From: Felis catus
Lineage: Eukaryota
Assembly: GCF_018350175.1 (NCBI RefSeq)
Contig: NC_058368.1
Coordinates: 172,548,001-172,612,000 of the forward strand
DNA: 64,000 nucleotides
Direction: 5' to 3'
In this document: positions 12,256 through 24,588 of the stretch, in pieces
How the letters are laid out: every line of letters starts with the position of its first letter
Position numbering within the stretch: position 1 is the first letter of the stretch
The notes under the pieces: generated by a model
The model's input: the letters and a program-made list of their open reading frames with translations, nothing else
The model's database searches: none
Told to the model about the DNA's origin: nothing
Made by a program: the position numbers and the translations under genes

Positions 12256-13797
12256 GAAAGAGAAAGGAAGGAAGTCAACAAAGGCATAATTGAGCCACCT
12301 ACCCCAAAATTCTTGGTGCCTGAACACATTCCTAACTGGTGTGCCTTCCCAATATGATGGGAATGGATTTGACTGGAAACCACAATTTTTAGGCTTTTGT
12401 AGTATTTCAGAAACTCAAAATTTACTCCTGTATGATCTACTAGGAGTAGAAAATGAGTTCAATATTCTCCCCCCAGGACTCCTGTCTGGAGTAATTACCT
12501 TTCCACAAACAAAATCCACAAAACTCATCCTCAAATAAAATTGCCCTTGAGGACTATGGAGAACTCAAAGTGTGCACACTTAATCACACATTGCCTTATC
12601 ACATCCTAATTGGCATTATTTTGTGCAGATGGGAAAACTGAGGGGCACACCTTCTCCAGGTCCAAACAATTCATTAGGATAATGAATTACAAAAGACACT
12701 TATCCTGAAAAGTTTGCTAAAAATAATCTTGAATATATCACATGAAGGACATTTATAACCAGTTTAAAACTTCTTAGGCAATTTAAATGTATTGCTGATT
12801 TTGAAAGGGGTATAAGAAGTTTGTGTCACTTCACTGAAATGCAATTAAAGCAATTAAAAACATTTCCCAAATGCTTATGTGGACCACCACTGATACAAGC
12901 TGCTGCTGTTGAGGAGTTGGTTGGAAAGTTCCCACTGATTTCTCTACATGGAAGAAACATATTGTTGCCATCTTGCAAGAAAATCAAGTTATTCAATTTA
13001 ATGGATCAGTACAGAAAACAAAACTCTGTTTGCCAAGCAGAATATTTTGCTGTGTTTGAGTTTCCTCTGATCTAAATTTGCTAGCTTTGAATGCTGCTTT
13101 GAAATAAATGCACACAAATGGCATTTGATATGGCCTGCTTTATTCATTAAAACAAAGCGAATAGCATTATGGAGTCACTTTGAAAGGTAGTTTGGGCTTT
13201 CTTATTTAATTAATCCATTACACTTAACCTTCCATTATTTCATTCTCTGAAAGTCCTGCAACCATTATTAACACTCCACAAATATGTTTTGCATTATTAA
13301 ATTTAAGAATTTAGTACCCAATAAAATTCTCAGCAGGAATATTGTTATTAAATGAGTTCATTAAACCTAACCACACTAATTAACAGTCAAGTGTTGAGGA
13401 ACACTTATACAGCATTGAGCCATATTCCATATTCATAACTCCTCTGCTAATTCTAGCAAATGAACATAAACACTCTCAGAAAAAAAAAAGTCCAGGAAGG
13501 TTACTGAAACCACATGTACCTCTGCAGAAATGAGCTCCTTCAAAATAAATGTCCAGGCTTGTCTAGAACTTGCTCCTCGTCACATCCTCTATCAGTTATT
13601 TTCAGTTAAGTGCGCAACTAGTTCTAGCTCCTCCCTCCCTTATGCTTGTAATGACATGACTGGAATTATTGTGCATTTTAGTTTTACAATTAATTATTAC
13701 TCTTAGCTGGCCAGAACCAGCATTTTCAGAGGGCTTCTACATACAAAATCTGTCGCCTCTAGCACAAGGGTGATCTTTTAACCACACAACGCGTGCG

Positions 13798-13798
<1 letters not shown>

Positions 13799-13847
<49 letters not shown>
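13799..13847. repeat. (AC)n microsatellite
   Basis: Seen directly. Confidence 0.95.
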
Positions 13848-13851
<4 letters not shown>

Positions 13852-13877
13852 ATCCCGACTACAGGAATATACAACAG

Positions 13878-14102
13878 ATTTTTTTAAACATTTTTTAAAG
13901 TTTATTTATTTTGAGAGAGAGAAAGCACCTGTGCAAACGGGGGAGAGGCAGAGAGAGACAGAGGGAGAGAGCGAATCCCAAGCAGGCTCTGCTCCGTCAG
14001 TGCAGGGCCCAATGCCAAGCTCAATCCCGTGAACTGTGAGATCATGACCTGAACCGAGATCAAGAGTCAGACACTTAACCGACTGAACTACCCAGGTGCC
14101 CC
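13878..14102 (-). mobile_element. Can-SINE
   Basis: Typical reverse-complement head and tail. Confidence 0.88.
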
Positions 14103-14169
14103 TATCAACAGTTTTAATGCATAACTAAGGGCTCCTTGGCCTTAGCTCCTATCCTGTGGAGTGGATGAA

Positions 14170-14582
14170 GTGATACAGCACCAGATGCCCTCTTTATGGG
14201 CTAAAGCTGTGAGGAATGTTACCTGCTAAAGGCTCATGACCAAGTCCTTTTCTGGGAAATGCCCTCTGCAAAAGGCGGTCACCTTGCCCAAAGTTACACC
14301 CCTTCCCCAGAGGCAGCCAATATCTCATGACTGGTTGACAAGGAGGTGCAAAGGCCTGACCCCCTTTCTTCAACTCATAGAGGTGCTAAAGGGCCATCTT
14401 ACTTCCAGAGCTTCCCATAAGATCAGCTGAGACATCTCTTGTAAATGTGTCACAGTTCAACTTTTCTATCTGCCTAATCCTGCTTCCTGGGACTCCCTCA
14501 CAGGTGTTGACCCCAGAGTGCTCCCCAGCAAGCCTTCTGCACCCAAATCCCCATCCAAGTCTGTTTCCTGGGAAACCAGAAC
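14170..14582 (+). mobile_element. ERVL solo LTR, LTR16-like
   Basis: cttccagagcttcccataagatcagctgagac...aagtctgtttcctgggaaacc resembles the LTR16 family (recall). Confidence 0.55.
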
Positions 14583-14996
14583 TATGATATCCTTACCTGA
14601 AGAACCCAAGCTCAAAGAAGGACTTAAGAGGAATCTATCTGCATAGTTTGGCTTTCTGTAAAGAAATAAATTAATTCCAACCAAACTCAGTTGAACTTTC
14701 TAGATTACGGGTTTGATCCTTCATAGTCGAAAACATACTAAATACAATTTAGACCTCCCAATAGAAGAACTGCCTTTGAAGCCCCCAGGCTCACTTATCT
14801 TAACATAACAGGTGGTATCAAGCTGAGTTGCTTCCCGGTCTGGCTAATAACCTAGATCCCTTAGGCAGTTCTGTTGGTCAGAACTTACTGTATCCCTCAT
14901 CACACAATACCTGAGTATCCCACTATCCAGTTGCTCTCCCTCACTAAAGCAATGGGGGGACAAAAACCTTTACACATACTTTTTGTGAGGGAGAGT

Positions 14997-15350
14997 GCTA
15001 TGGACTGAATTGTCTCCCGCCCCCCAACAAATTCATATGTCAAAGCCCTAACCCCCAATGTAATTGTATCTGGAAAGAGGGTCTTTAGGAGGTAATTAAG
15101 GTTAAATAAGGCCATAAAAGTGGGGGCTTAATCCAATAGGCCTTCTAAGAAGAGGGAGAAGGAGAGACATTTCTTTCTCTGCCATATGAGAGCACACCAA
15201 GAAGGTGGCCATCTGCAAGCCAGGAAGGGAGCTCTCACCAGGAACCAAATCAGCTGGCACCTTGATCTTGGATTTGCTGGCATCCAGAAGTGTGAGAAAG
15301 TGAATTTCTGTTATTGAAGCTACTCAACCTATGGTCTTTTGTTATGGTGA
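14997..15350 (+). mobile_element. MaLR LTR (MLT1A-like)
   Basis: tgctatggactgaattgtctccc...aaattcatatgtcaaagccctaacccccaatg...cttgatcttggatttgc. Confidence 0.85.
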
Positions 15351-15535
15351 AGATCCTCCAGGGGGTGAGGGGTATGTAAGATGAGTAAACTAGAGCATGG
15401 TGCTAGTCCTCACAAAGGCACCACTTGTTTTCCCTTTCAGCTCTGCTTCTCTCCTTTCTCTCAACTTCCTTTCTTCAGTTCCTTTTTCCCCCTCCTCATT
15501 CAGTGTCAGTGCCCTTAACTCATGAATGCTGTACA

Positions 15536-15732
15536 TTTTTTAAAGTTTATTTATTTTGAAAGAGTGAGTGGGGGAGAAGCAGAGAGAGGGCAGGGGGAGA
15601 GAGAATCCCAAGCAGGCTCCAAACTGTCAGTGCAGAGTCCAACACGGGGCTTGAACTCATGACCCATGAGATCATGACCTGAGCCAAAATCAAGAGTAGG
15701 CGGCTTAACAGACTGAGCCACCCAGGTGCCCC
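15536..15732 (-). mobile_element. Can-SINE
   Basis: Typical structure. Confidence 0.9.
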
Positions 15733-16302
15733 AATAATACCATACATTTTTATTTTCTTGCCCTGGCCGGACCAGCTGGTGTTGTTCTTTTCAGGATTTC
15801 AGAGGCTGCTAAGTGGTAGCCTAAAACTTATTCAGAGAAATTCTGAGGAGCTCAATAGTAAGGAGCCCTTAGAATTTGACGATAAGACTGCTTCTTATCT
15901 AAATTAGAAAACATAAACAAATGAATGAACAAAGGAACCAACACTATAAATGAGGTTAGCAACCTACAAAAGTAACAGAATTGTGAGACAATCATGTGGT
16001 TAGGGAAACACTAAAATCCAATCAAGGCCACATCTTTGTATACTCAGATATGAAACACAATCACAACAGACGCTATGTCCTTCATGAATTTTGTTAATGT
16101 GAACGAACTCAGCTGAGCCAGGTCAGTTGCCAGACCTGCCAGGTGTCAGGTCTCTGACAGAATGATAAAATCTAGTTTCACACCATAAGTTTCCATTAAC
16201 AGATAGTCCAAGTAAAGCTCTTCCTGTTGGGCTATTGGTCTTCCTTGGTTATTTTAGGGGACAATATTGAGGTAAGCTGGGACCCTATTAAAGAAGGGCC
16301 TT

Positions 16303-16758
16303 AGGGCGCCTGGGTGGCTCAGTCGGTTAAGCGTCTGACTTCAGCTCAGGTCATGATCTTGCAGTCCGTGAATTTGGGCCCCACATCGGGCTCTGTGCTG
16401 ACAGCTCAGAACCTGGAACCTGCTTCAGATTCTGTGTCTTGCTCTCTGTCTGCCCCTCCCCTTCTCATGCTCTGTTTCTCTCTCTCTCCCTCTCTCTCTC
16501 TCAAAAATAAACATTAAAAAAAAAAAGTTAAAAAAAAAAAAAAGAAGTGGGGCCCTGGGTGGCTCAGTCGGTTGAGCGTCCGACTTCGGCTCAGGTCATG
16601 ATCTCACGGTCTGTGAGTTCGAGCCCCACGTCAGGCTCTGTGCTGACAGCTCAGAGCCTGGAGCCTGCCTCGGATTCTGTGTTTCCCTCTCTCTGCTCTT
16701 CCCCTGCTCACATGCTGTCTCTCTCTCAAAAATAAGTAACGGTTAAAAAAAAAAAAAA
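16303..16758 (+). mobile_element. Two tandem Can-SINEs (~16303-16545, ~16549-16758)
   Basis: Second copy sits at the end of the first's A-tail; aaaagaagtg repeated around it. Confidence 0.92.
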
Positions 16759-17594
16759 GAAGTGCTTTGAATGACAAATTTAAGATAGGCCTTTCTTCTG
16801 TATGCAGCCAGGGCCTAACCCTGTACGGCAGTGATGTGAGCATAACTGTATGTCTGGCAGCGTATGAATGACAGGCTGGAAGCTAGCGCGAGTAGACAAG
16901 AAGGACAGTAGGCAAGCTGGTGCACTTGCCCAGGGGGAGGATGTAAAACAGTCAAGTGAAATTGGAAGCATGCCCATGGAAGATACTGCAAAGAGAATCA
17001 ACATGTCTTGGCCATGTCTTGGCAACTTTGTTGGCAGCAGGGCATGGGAAAGAACATTTGGGGTCTGGTTGATTGTGGAAAAGAGAGAAGAGAGAAACTG
17101 CCACAGAGGTCAGATGACTTGCCATGTTTACAGGGCAAGGGAGGTCGGGACAGAAGAGGCTGCAGGTGGGGCTGACCACCAGGCAGCTGTAAACGAGAGC
17201 CATGGGCTCTGGAGACAAGCTGGGTTACAGGAATAAGCTTCGGAGTTAAGGGCGCAAGGCCGATATTGGAAATTATGGAAATGAATATGAGCGGAACACG
17301 CGGAGAGACAGAAGGACAGGAACCAAGCCATGGAAAGCTAACGTGTGTGGTGGGAAGCGCAACAGCCCAAGGAGGATGAGGGAAGGGGTAAGGTCTCACA
17401 AGAGGCAGCTACGGCCTCAAGGGAGTAGAAAGTGCAATCTTCTGTGGACACATGAAAGAAGGGGATGAGTCCAAGGTGGTGAAAGGATGGGGGAAAGCAG
17501 TGCAGCGGGTTAAGATGCAGAGTTGAGAAGAGGTGAAAAGCAGGCTGACTGAGTGGTGGTAAGGGACCAACCACGGCAGCGATATTTGGTTGGT

Positions 17595-18271
17595 GCCTGC
17601 TGGGGCCACCGTAACAAAGTACCACAAACAGAATGGCTTCAACAATGGAAATTTATTGCCTCACTGTTCTAGGGGGTAGAAGTCCAAAATCAAGGTGTAG
17701 ACAGGACTGTGCTCTCTTTATAATATTTTTTTAAGTTTATTTATTTTTGAGAGAGATTGAGCGAGCATGTAAGCATGAGTGAGCGGGGGAGGGGCATAGA
17801 GAGAGGGAGAGAGAGAGAATCCCAAGCAGGCTCCACGCTGTCAGGGCAGAGCCCGATGCAGGGCTCAAACTCACAAACTGTGAGATATGACCAGAGCTGA
17901 AACCAAGAGTTGGATGCTTAACCGACTGAGCCACCTAGGTGCCCCAGGACCATGCTCCCTTTAAAAGCTCTAGAGAAGGACCTGTTCCAGGCCTCTGTCT
18001 TTGCTGCTAGTAGTTACTTGACTCACAGCTGTGTAACTCTTAACTTCACATGGCAGTCTCTCCTGTGTGTGTGTCTGGATCCAAATTTCTCCTTTTTACA
18101 AGGACACCAGTGTTAGTGGATTAGGTGCTCAGCCTACTCCAACATGATCTTGTCCTAAATAATTACAGGTGCAATGACCCTATTTCCCAATAAGGTCATG
18201 TTCTGAAGTACTGGGGGTTAGAACTTCAACATATAAACTTGGGAGGGAGGGCAACAATTCAAGTCATGACA
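17595..18271 (-). mobile_element. MaLR LTR (MLT1B/C-like) interrupted by a Can-SINE (~17716-17945, minus)
   Basis: gtaacaaagtaccacaaac...gaagtccaaaatcaaggtg and ...gaacttcaacatataaac...caattcaagtcatgaca; SINE TSD caggac(tg/ca)tgctc(t/c)cttta. Confidence 0.85.
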
Positions 18272-20954
18272 GTGGATGAAGGGCTTTCTGAGGCACTGGA
18301 AAGCTGGAAACAGAGGTGCCATTCGAAGACACCTGGGCACTGACTCTGAATTCTTCCTGCACTCAGCAGCAACAATCCATGACGATATGGCCTTCAAGGG
18401 GTACACTTGGAAGCAACAGCTCAGAAATTAAGAATGTGAGCTCTGGAGCATGACGGTTTTAAGCTCAACTCTGCCACTTATTTACCATGTGACCAGGGGG
18501 AGGCAAGATGTTAAAACTGACTTTTTCCCAATCACCTATTTATAAAAGACCTATCCCATAGGGTTGAGAACTAAACGCATTAATAAATAGCACATCTAAC
18601 ATTATTATTCTCATTTTATAGATGAAGAAACCGAGACACATCCTGGTTGACTAACTTGCCCAGGATCACGCGTGTAATAACAACGTACAGAAATCAAAAC
18701 TTCATGCTCATAACAATTCTGTTCTATTGCTTCCCATTAAGTTGATATTAGCATTTAAATAAAAAGTATATGAGCAAAAAAGAAAAAGAAAACCCTTTCC
18801 TTAGTTTAGCAAGTTTTTTTCTGGGGAGTATGACAGAGAAGAAGTAGTTGTAATATCAGTTACAAAAAGAAGGATCAAGAATACAGAAGAATTAGAAATG
18901 GAAATAAAATTTCCATATTCTCTTTCTAAAACATTACCACTACAGTTTCAATAGGAGAGAGAGTACTGAGATAAGAAAATAAAAATTGAATAAACCAGAG
19001 GTTAGGTTGGCTTCTATTTCTTCTCTTCCCTCCCACTTTCTCCAGTCTCTGTGCTACCCCTGAGAATCCAAGATAATATTGAAAGAAGCATATATGGGGT
19101 AAGAGATTTCCAGCCTTTCTGTCAGCTTAATGCTTTAAAAATATTTTTCAAGCCTTCTTTAAAAGTTTATCTTTATTGCTGTCTACAATGACAAACATCC
19201 AATGTTATGTTTACCCTTAGGAATAAAACAGCTAAGACAATTTTATTTTGGTCCCAATGCTGTTATCTTACAGAGGAAATAGGGAAAGACAAGCAGAGGC
19301 AAACAAAAGAGAGCATCAAGGACGCCAGCTTCTTGCAAACTGGGCTTTCTCATCTGTGTCCCCTGGCTGCCCTCAGCACAGAGCCTCACACAGCCGTGTG
19401 CTGAATAAACACTGGCTGAACCAACCAACTGTGGCCCAGGAGGGGAGAGGGGGAAGCCCATTCTTTGTTATTACTCCTTTATCTTCTTTGTGTTCTATGA
19501 GGTCCAAGGATAAAGACAGGGAGGTATGAGGTAGTCACACAGAATACAAGTAATTTCCTTAAGATTATGCAGGAACATCACCCCTAAAATTCTAAATCGA
19601 TGGGATCATTGAATATTTGCATTTCACAAAAATCTGGGCAACAGATGACACACACACAGGCTCACATGTAGACATATACACTCACAACACTTGGAGATAA
19701 AGCAGAAATAGTTCAGCACTCAGATGATATCTGTTTTTGCTCAAAATTCCCTGAGCCAAACTTCAAAATTCAACTCCCCAGTCTCCCCCACCCCATTTTT
19801 GTCCTGCTTTGATTCTTTAGATGCTTTCAGTACAAAGGGTTCCTTATCTACTTTCCAGAGTAATAGAACTATTCCAGAACCCTGACTAAGGCATTTTATT
19901 ATTGATTAGGTTGCTCTTGGGTATAGAACGAATGGGTAAATATACTCTGTAAATTTTGGTGTGGTGGAGTGGGGGGCAGCGAGGGACAAGAAACCCCTCA
20001 ACTTTTGCTGCTTTCATGCTGAACGTCTGATCCTTCAGTGCCTTGTGGGATTCCCTGTGGAAACCATCCTACAGTTGATGAAGGTGTCCTAAAATCAACA
20101 CGAAAGCTGTTGGCCATCACCAGTCCATAAAACCTAGTGACAGAGAAAGCAGAACTCTCAGGATCTCGACAGGAAGACAGGTATCCTATGTGGAATGCAT
20201 AAAAGGAGACCTGACTCCTATTCCAAGAGCTCTGACAACTTATTTTGTGATCTTAAGCAAGAGATTTGTACCTCTTCTCCCTTAGGGGGAAAAAAGGTAT
20301 TTTCACTAGAAATTCTTAATGTTCTTTCCACATCTAACACTTTGTGATTCCATATCTAAAGAGGTGCATTCTCAGGGCCCCATCTGCCACATGGTAAGGC
20401 CCATGAGCTGAGTTAGGTTAAGAACACCAGATATGGAGCGGATAAATCTGGTTTTAAACCCCAGTGGCTCCTTCTTATTAGCAGGATGATGTTTGGAAAG
20501 TAACTTACATCCTTCTCTGGATATCATCTGTGAAATGGGGAACTGTGTGCACTTCACACAGTTATTGTGAGGGTTACATGTGGTAACTCCCAGAAAATTA
20601 CCTCTTATTAACCTGGGACTGCATTATGTCATAATGGTCTAAACCAGAGCTATCAGACTATATTGGGCCCAAGTTATGTACAAAATGACATTTATATATA
20701 CCTTAAGAGCATTTTAGAAGGGACCAGGTAAACAAGTAAGTTTCAAGTATCTATTGAGCACTTTTCTCAACACTATTAGGCACTGTGGGGAAGCTAAAAA
20801 AAAAAAAAAAAAGATGAGGTATGGCCTAATCTTTTAAGAAATTTTTACATTTAGGTGGGGAAATCACTAGAATATATATGAATGTTATAATATGAAAACA
20901 TTAAACTTAAGTAGATGGAGAAGTGCTAATTTTATAACAAATTTCCTTAATCTT

Positions 20955-21175
20955 TTTTAAAATTTTTTTTTCCAACGTTTATCTATTTTTGGGACAGAGA
21001 GAGACAGAGCATGAACGGGGGAGGGGCAGAGAGAGAGGGAGACACAGAATCTGAAACAGGCTCCAGGCTCTGAGCCATCAGCCCAGAGCCCGACGCGGGG
21101 CTCGAACTCACAGACCGCGAGATCGTGACCTGGCTGAAGTCGGACGCTTAACCGACTGCGCCACCCAGGCGCCCC
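20955..21175 (-). mobile_element. Very young Can-SINE
   Basis: Perfect 18-nt TSD acaaatttccttaatctt; CpGs intact. Confidence 0.96.
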
Positions 21176-22292
21176 ACAAATTTCCTTAATCTTAAGGAGA
21201 GAAGACAGGAATCAGAGAGCAGGGGTTGCCCAGGAAGGTTTAAGAGCTGCCTCATCCCCTGAGTGTGGGGGCAGTGTCTTCTCAGAACACAGTTCCTGAA
21301 ACCAAGGAACAGATACCACAGACATAATTGTTAGGGGTCAAGGATCACTCTGGGTAGACATTCCGCAATGCAGGGCCAAGGTCTGAGCTAAGGAAACAAT
21401 AAAAAAAAGCAAGTTGAAAAACACAAAGGATCAGATGGAAAGATGGAAACCAAAGTTCAATTTGGAGAAGTCGTAAAGAGCAGACCAGACCCAGGGGGTG
21501 CAGGTGTGAGACTGGCGGTAAATAACAGGCTCAGAGTAAAATTTTGGCCAAGTCCTAGACTTGACTGTGAAGGCATGCTGATGCATTGAAAGTGGCTGAC
21601 AAGGGGCAGATGGAGACTCGTATGGAGATGAGGAGACAGCAGGCTTGAAATAAGTGGAGGAGTCAGGTAGCCGTATATAGATCGAATAGGAAAGAGAAAC
21701 AGTGTCTGAATAAATCACAGTGAGATATAGTAAAGAACAAACCCTTATCATATGAAAATTACCCCAGAGGAGATAGGGGTGAATATAACATGGCAGGTAC
21801 CCTCACAAGGTCTCTCAGTGCCCTGGACACCTCGCAACTGACAGGACTAGGAAGAAAAATCCAATGGTCGGTAACAAATTTTCTGTTAGAGATCCCTGCC
21901 ATTGATGATAGATGCAGAAGCAAAATCCCACGCTGGGGCCACAGGTAATCAATCATCTCATTCAATCTCCTTGAGCCTCAGTATCCACATTTGTAACATA
22001 GGGCCAGTGACATATCTATCCCGTAGGATTATTGCAAGGACTCAATAAACAATGATGGATAATGCTGAGCAAAAGGCTAGCACACAGTAGGTGCTTAACT
22101 AGTGCTGGCTGTTGTTATTATTATTAATGGTCATTTTATTACCTCTGGGCCTTGGCTGCTGATGCTGCCTTCATGCATCCCCTCATCTTTCCTCACGCTG
22201 TTGCTGTGACAGCCCCCTGACTGGTCTCTTTATCTCCAGTCTGGCACTTCTCCTCAATGGAGCCTCGGTGTTCTTTTATTAAAGACAAATCT

Positions 22293-23265
22293 GGGGGCAC
22301 CTGAGGGGCTCAGTCAGTTAAGCATCCAACTTGGGCTCAGGTCATGATCTCACGGTTTGTGAGTTCGAGTCCCGTGTCAGGCTCTGTGCAGACAGATCAG
22401 AGTCTAGAGCCTGCTTCTGATTCTGTGTCTCCCTCTTTCTCTTCCCTCCCCTGTTTGTGCTCTGTCTCTCTCTCTCTGTCTCTCTCTCTCTCAGAAATAA
22501 AGAAACATTTTTAATGAGTGGGGGAGGAGCAGAGAGAGGAAGACACAGAATCCGAAGCAGGCTCCAGGCTCTGAGCTGTCAGCACAGAGCCCGATGCGGG
22601 GCACGAACTCACAAACTGTGAGATCATGACCTGAACCGAAGTTGGACGCTTAACCAACTGAGCTACCCAGGCGCTCCCCTTTTTTTTTTTAATGTTTATT
22701 TATTTTTGAGAGAGAGAGAGAGAGAGTGCGTGGAGGAGGGGCAGAGAGAGAAGGAGACACAGAATCCAAAGCAGGCTCCAGGCTCTGAGATACTAGTACA
22801 GAGCCCGATGCAGGGCTTGAACTCACGAACCATGAGATCATGACCTGAGCCGAAGCCAGACGCCTAACTGACTGAGCCACCCAGGCGCCCCAAATTTTTT
22901 TTTAATTTAAAGACAAATCTGAATATTTTTAAAATAATTTTTTAATGTTTAATGCTTCAGATTCTGTGTCTCCCTCTCTCTGCCCCTTCCCCACTCATAC
23001 TCTGTCTCTCTCTCAAAAATAAATATTTAAAAAATTTTACTTTGAATGAATTTTATTTTTTAATGTTTATTTATTTTTGAGAGAGAGAAAGCACAAGTAG
23101 GGAGAGGGGCAGAGAGAGAGAGAGGGAGAGGGAGAGAATCCCAAGCAGGTTCTGCACTGTCAGCACAGGGCCCAACAGGGGCTCTATCCCATGGAACTTG
23201 AGATCATGATCTAAGCTGAAATCAAGAGTTGGATGCCCAACTGACTGAGCCACCCAGGTGCTCCC
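22293..23265. mobile_element. Cluster of five Can-SINE copies/fragments in mixed orientation
   Basis: +22293-22510, -22512-22676, -22680-22892, +22953-23035, -23050-23265. Confidence 0.88.
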
Positions 23266-23289
23266 AAGTCTGGATATTTTATTCCTCTG

Positions 23290-23715
23290 CTTCAAATTCC
23301 TAAATAGATTCCCACAGATTTCTTTGGAACCTCCAGCCCTTCAGCATCTGGTTCTTGCTATTCTCTCCTGACTCTCAGATATTATATTTTAACTACATTC
23401 TCCACGTCTCTCATCTCTGAGACTTTGCATGTGTTGTCAACACTGTCTAGATTGCCTCGTCCCCCCTTTTCTGCCTGGCTGTGTCTTCATTTCAGCCTTC
23501 CCTGGCTTCCCTCTTTACCTCATCCCCAATCAGACCACAACACCTTGATCTCATTTTTACCATGGGCACATAACACTCTGCAGTGTAGTTGTTCATTTAC
23601 TTATCTGTCTCCCCAACAAAGTGTTTCCATGGCAAATATCACATCTTATTTGTCCCTGGAGTCCCAGTGCAGTGGTTTATAGGTCCTCAATAGAGACTTG
23701 TATAATGAAAAGAAG
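23290..23715 (+). mobile_element. L2 3' fragment
   Basis: gactttgcatgtgttgtc...gttcatttacttatctgtctcccc...ggtcctcaatagagacttg. Confidence 0.5.
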
Positions 23716-23990
23716 GAAAGAAGCAAGAAAGTAGGAAAGAAATGGAAAGAAAGAAAGAGAAAGGGAGGGAAGGAGGGAGGGAGGGAGGAAGGAAGGAAGG
23801 AAGGAAGGAAGGAAGGAAGGAAGGAAGGAAGGAGGAAGGGAGGAGGGAAGGAAGGGAAGGAAGGGTAGGAAGGGGGGAAGGAAGGAAGGAAGGAAGGAAG
23901 GAAGGAAGGAAGGAAGGAAGGGAGGAAGGGAGGAGGGAAGGAAGGGAAGGAAGGGTAGGAAGGGGGGAAGGAAGGAAGGAAGGAAGAAAT
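23708..23990. repeat. Purine-rich (GGAA)n/(GGGA)n tract with 90-bp higher-order duplication
   Basis: 23831-23896 repeated at 23921-23986. Confidence 0.93.
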
Positions 23991-24396
23991 GGATGAAGCC
24001 TAGATCCTTTAAGAGAACTGTAAGAAACTCATTTCTAGTAAATTTTTCAGTAAATCAGCAAATGAAGACAGAGGAGGAACAAGAGGGAACAGGAAAGAGA
24101 AAAGAGGAAGAAAGAAATAGGAGATTATATCAGAAGTTAGAAAATGACATATAACTGCTCTGGTTGATAATGAAAGACACCACCTGATTTTTTAGATTAC
24201 TTCTGCAACCACGGTGTGACTGGGACAAAAACTGTTAATTGTTAATGTATAAGAGTTCATAACTTCTTCTCCTCTCTACCTCCATCCCCACTGTGTATTT
24301 GCAGATTAGGTTAATAGGGCAGATGAATAGCCAACAAAGATAGAGAGGGAATTAGAAAAAAAAAAAGTTATATTTGCAGTAGAGAATGGTGTAGAA

Positions 24397-24588
24397 CAGG
24401 TGTTCATAACATTTTTTATAAAGAGACAGATAGTAAATATTTTATGCTCTGAGGTTTGAATGTGGTCTCTGTCGCAAATTCTTTAGTTGTTGTACACTTT
24501 AAAAACAAAAACCACTTTTAGCTTGAGAACTATACAAAAGTAGGTTATAGAACAAATTTGGCTGGCAGGCCATAGTTTGCCCATCCCT
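24397..24588. mobile_element. hAT-Charlie MER58-like
   Basis: cagatagtaaatattttatgctctg...gtggtctctgtcgcaa...caggccatagtttgcccatccctg. Confidence 0.7.

Noticed and set aside
11842..12383. PSFL/PTYL repeat ORFs (and RKEG ORF at 23742-23996)
   Set aside because: Translations of microsatellites.
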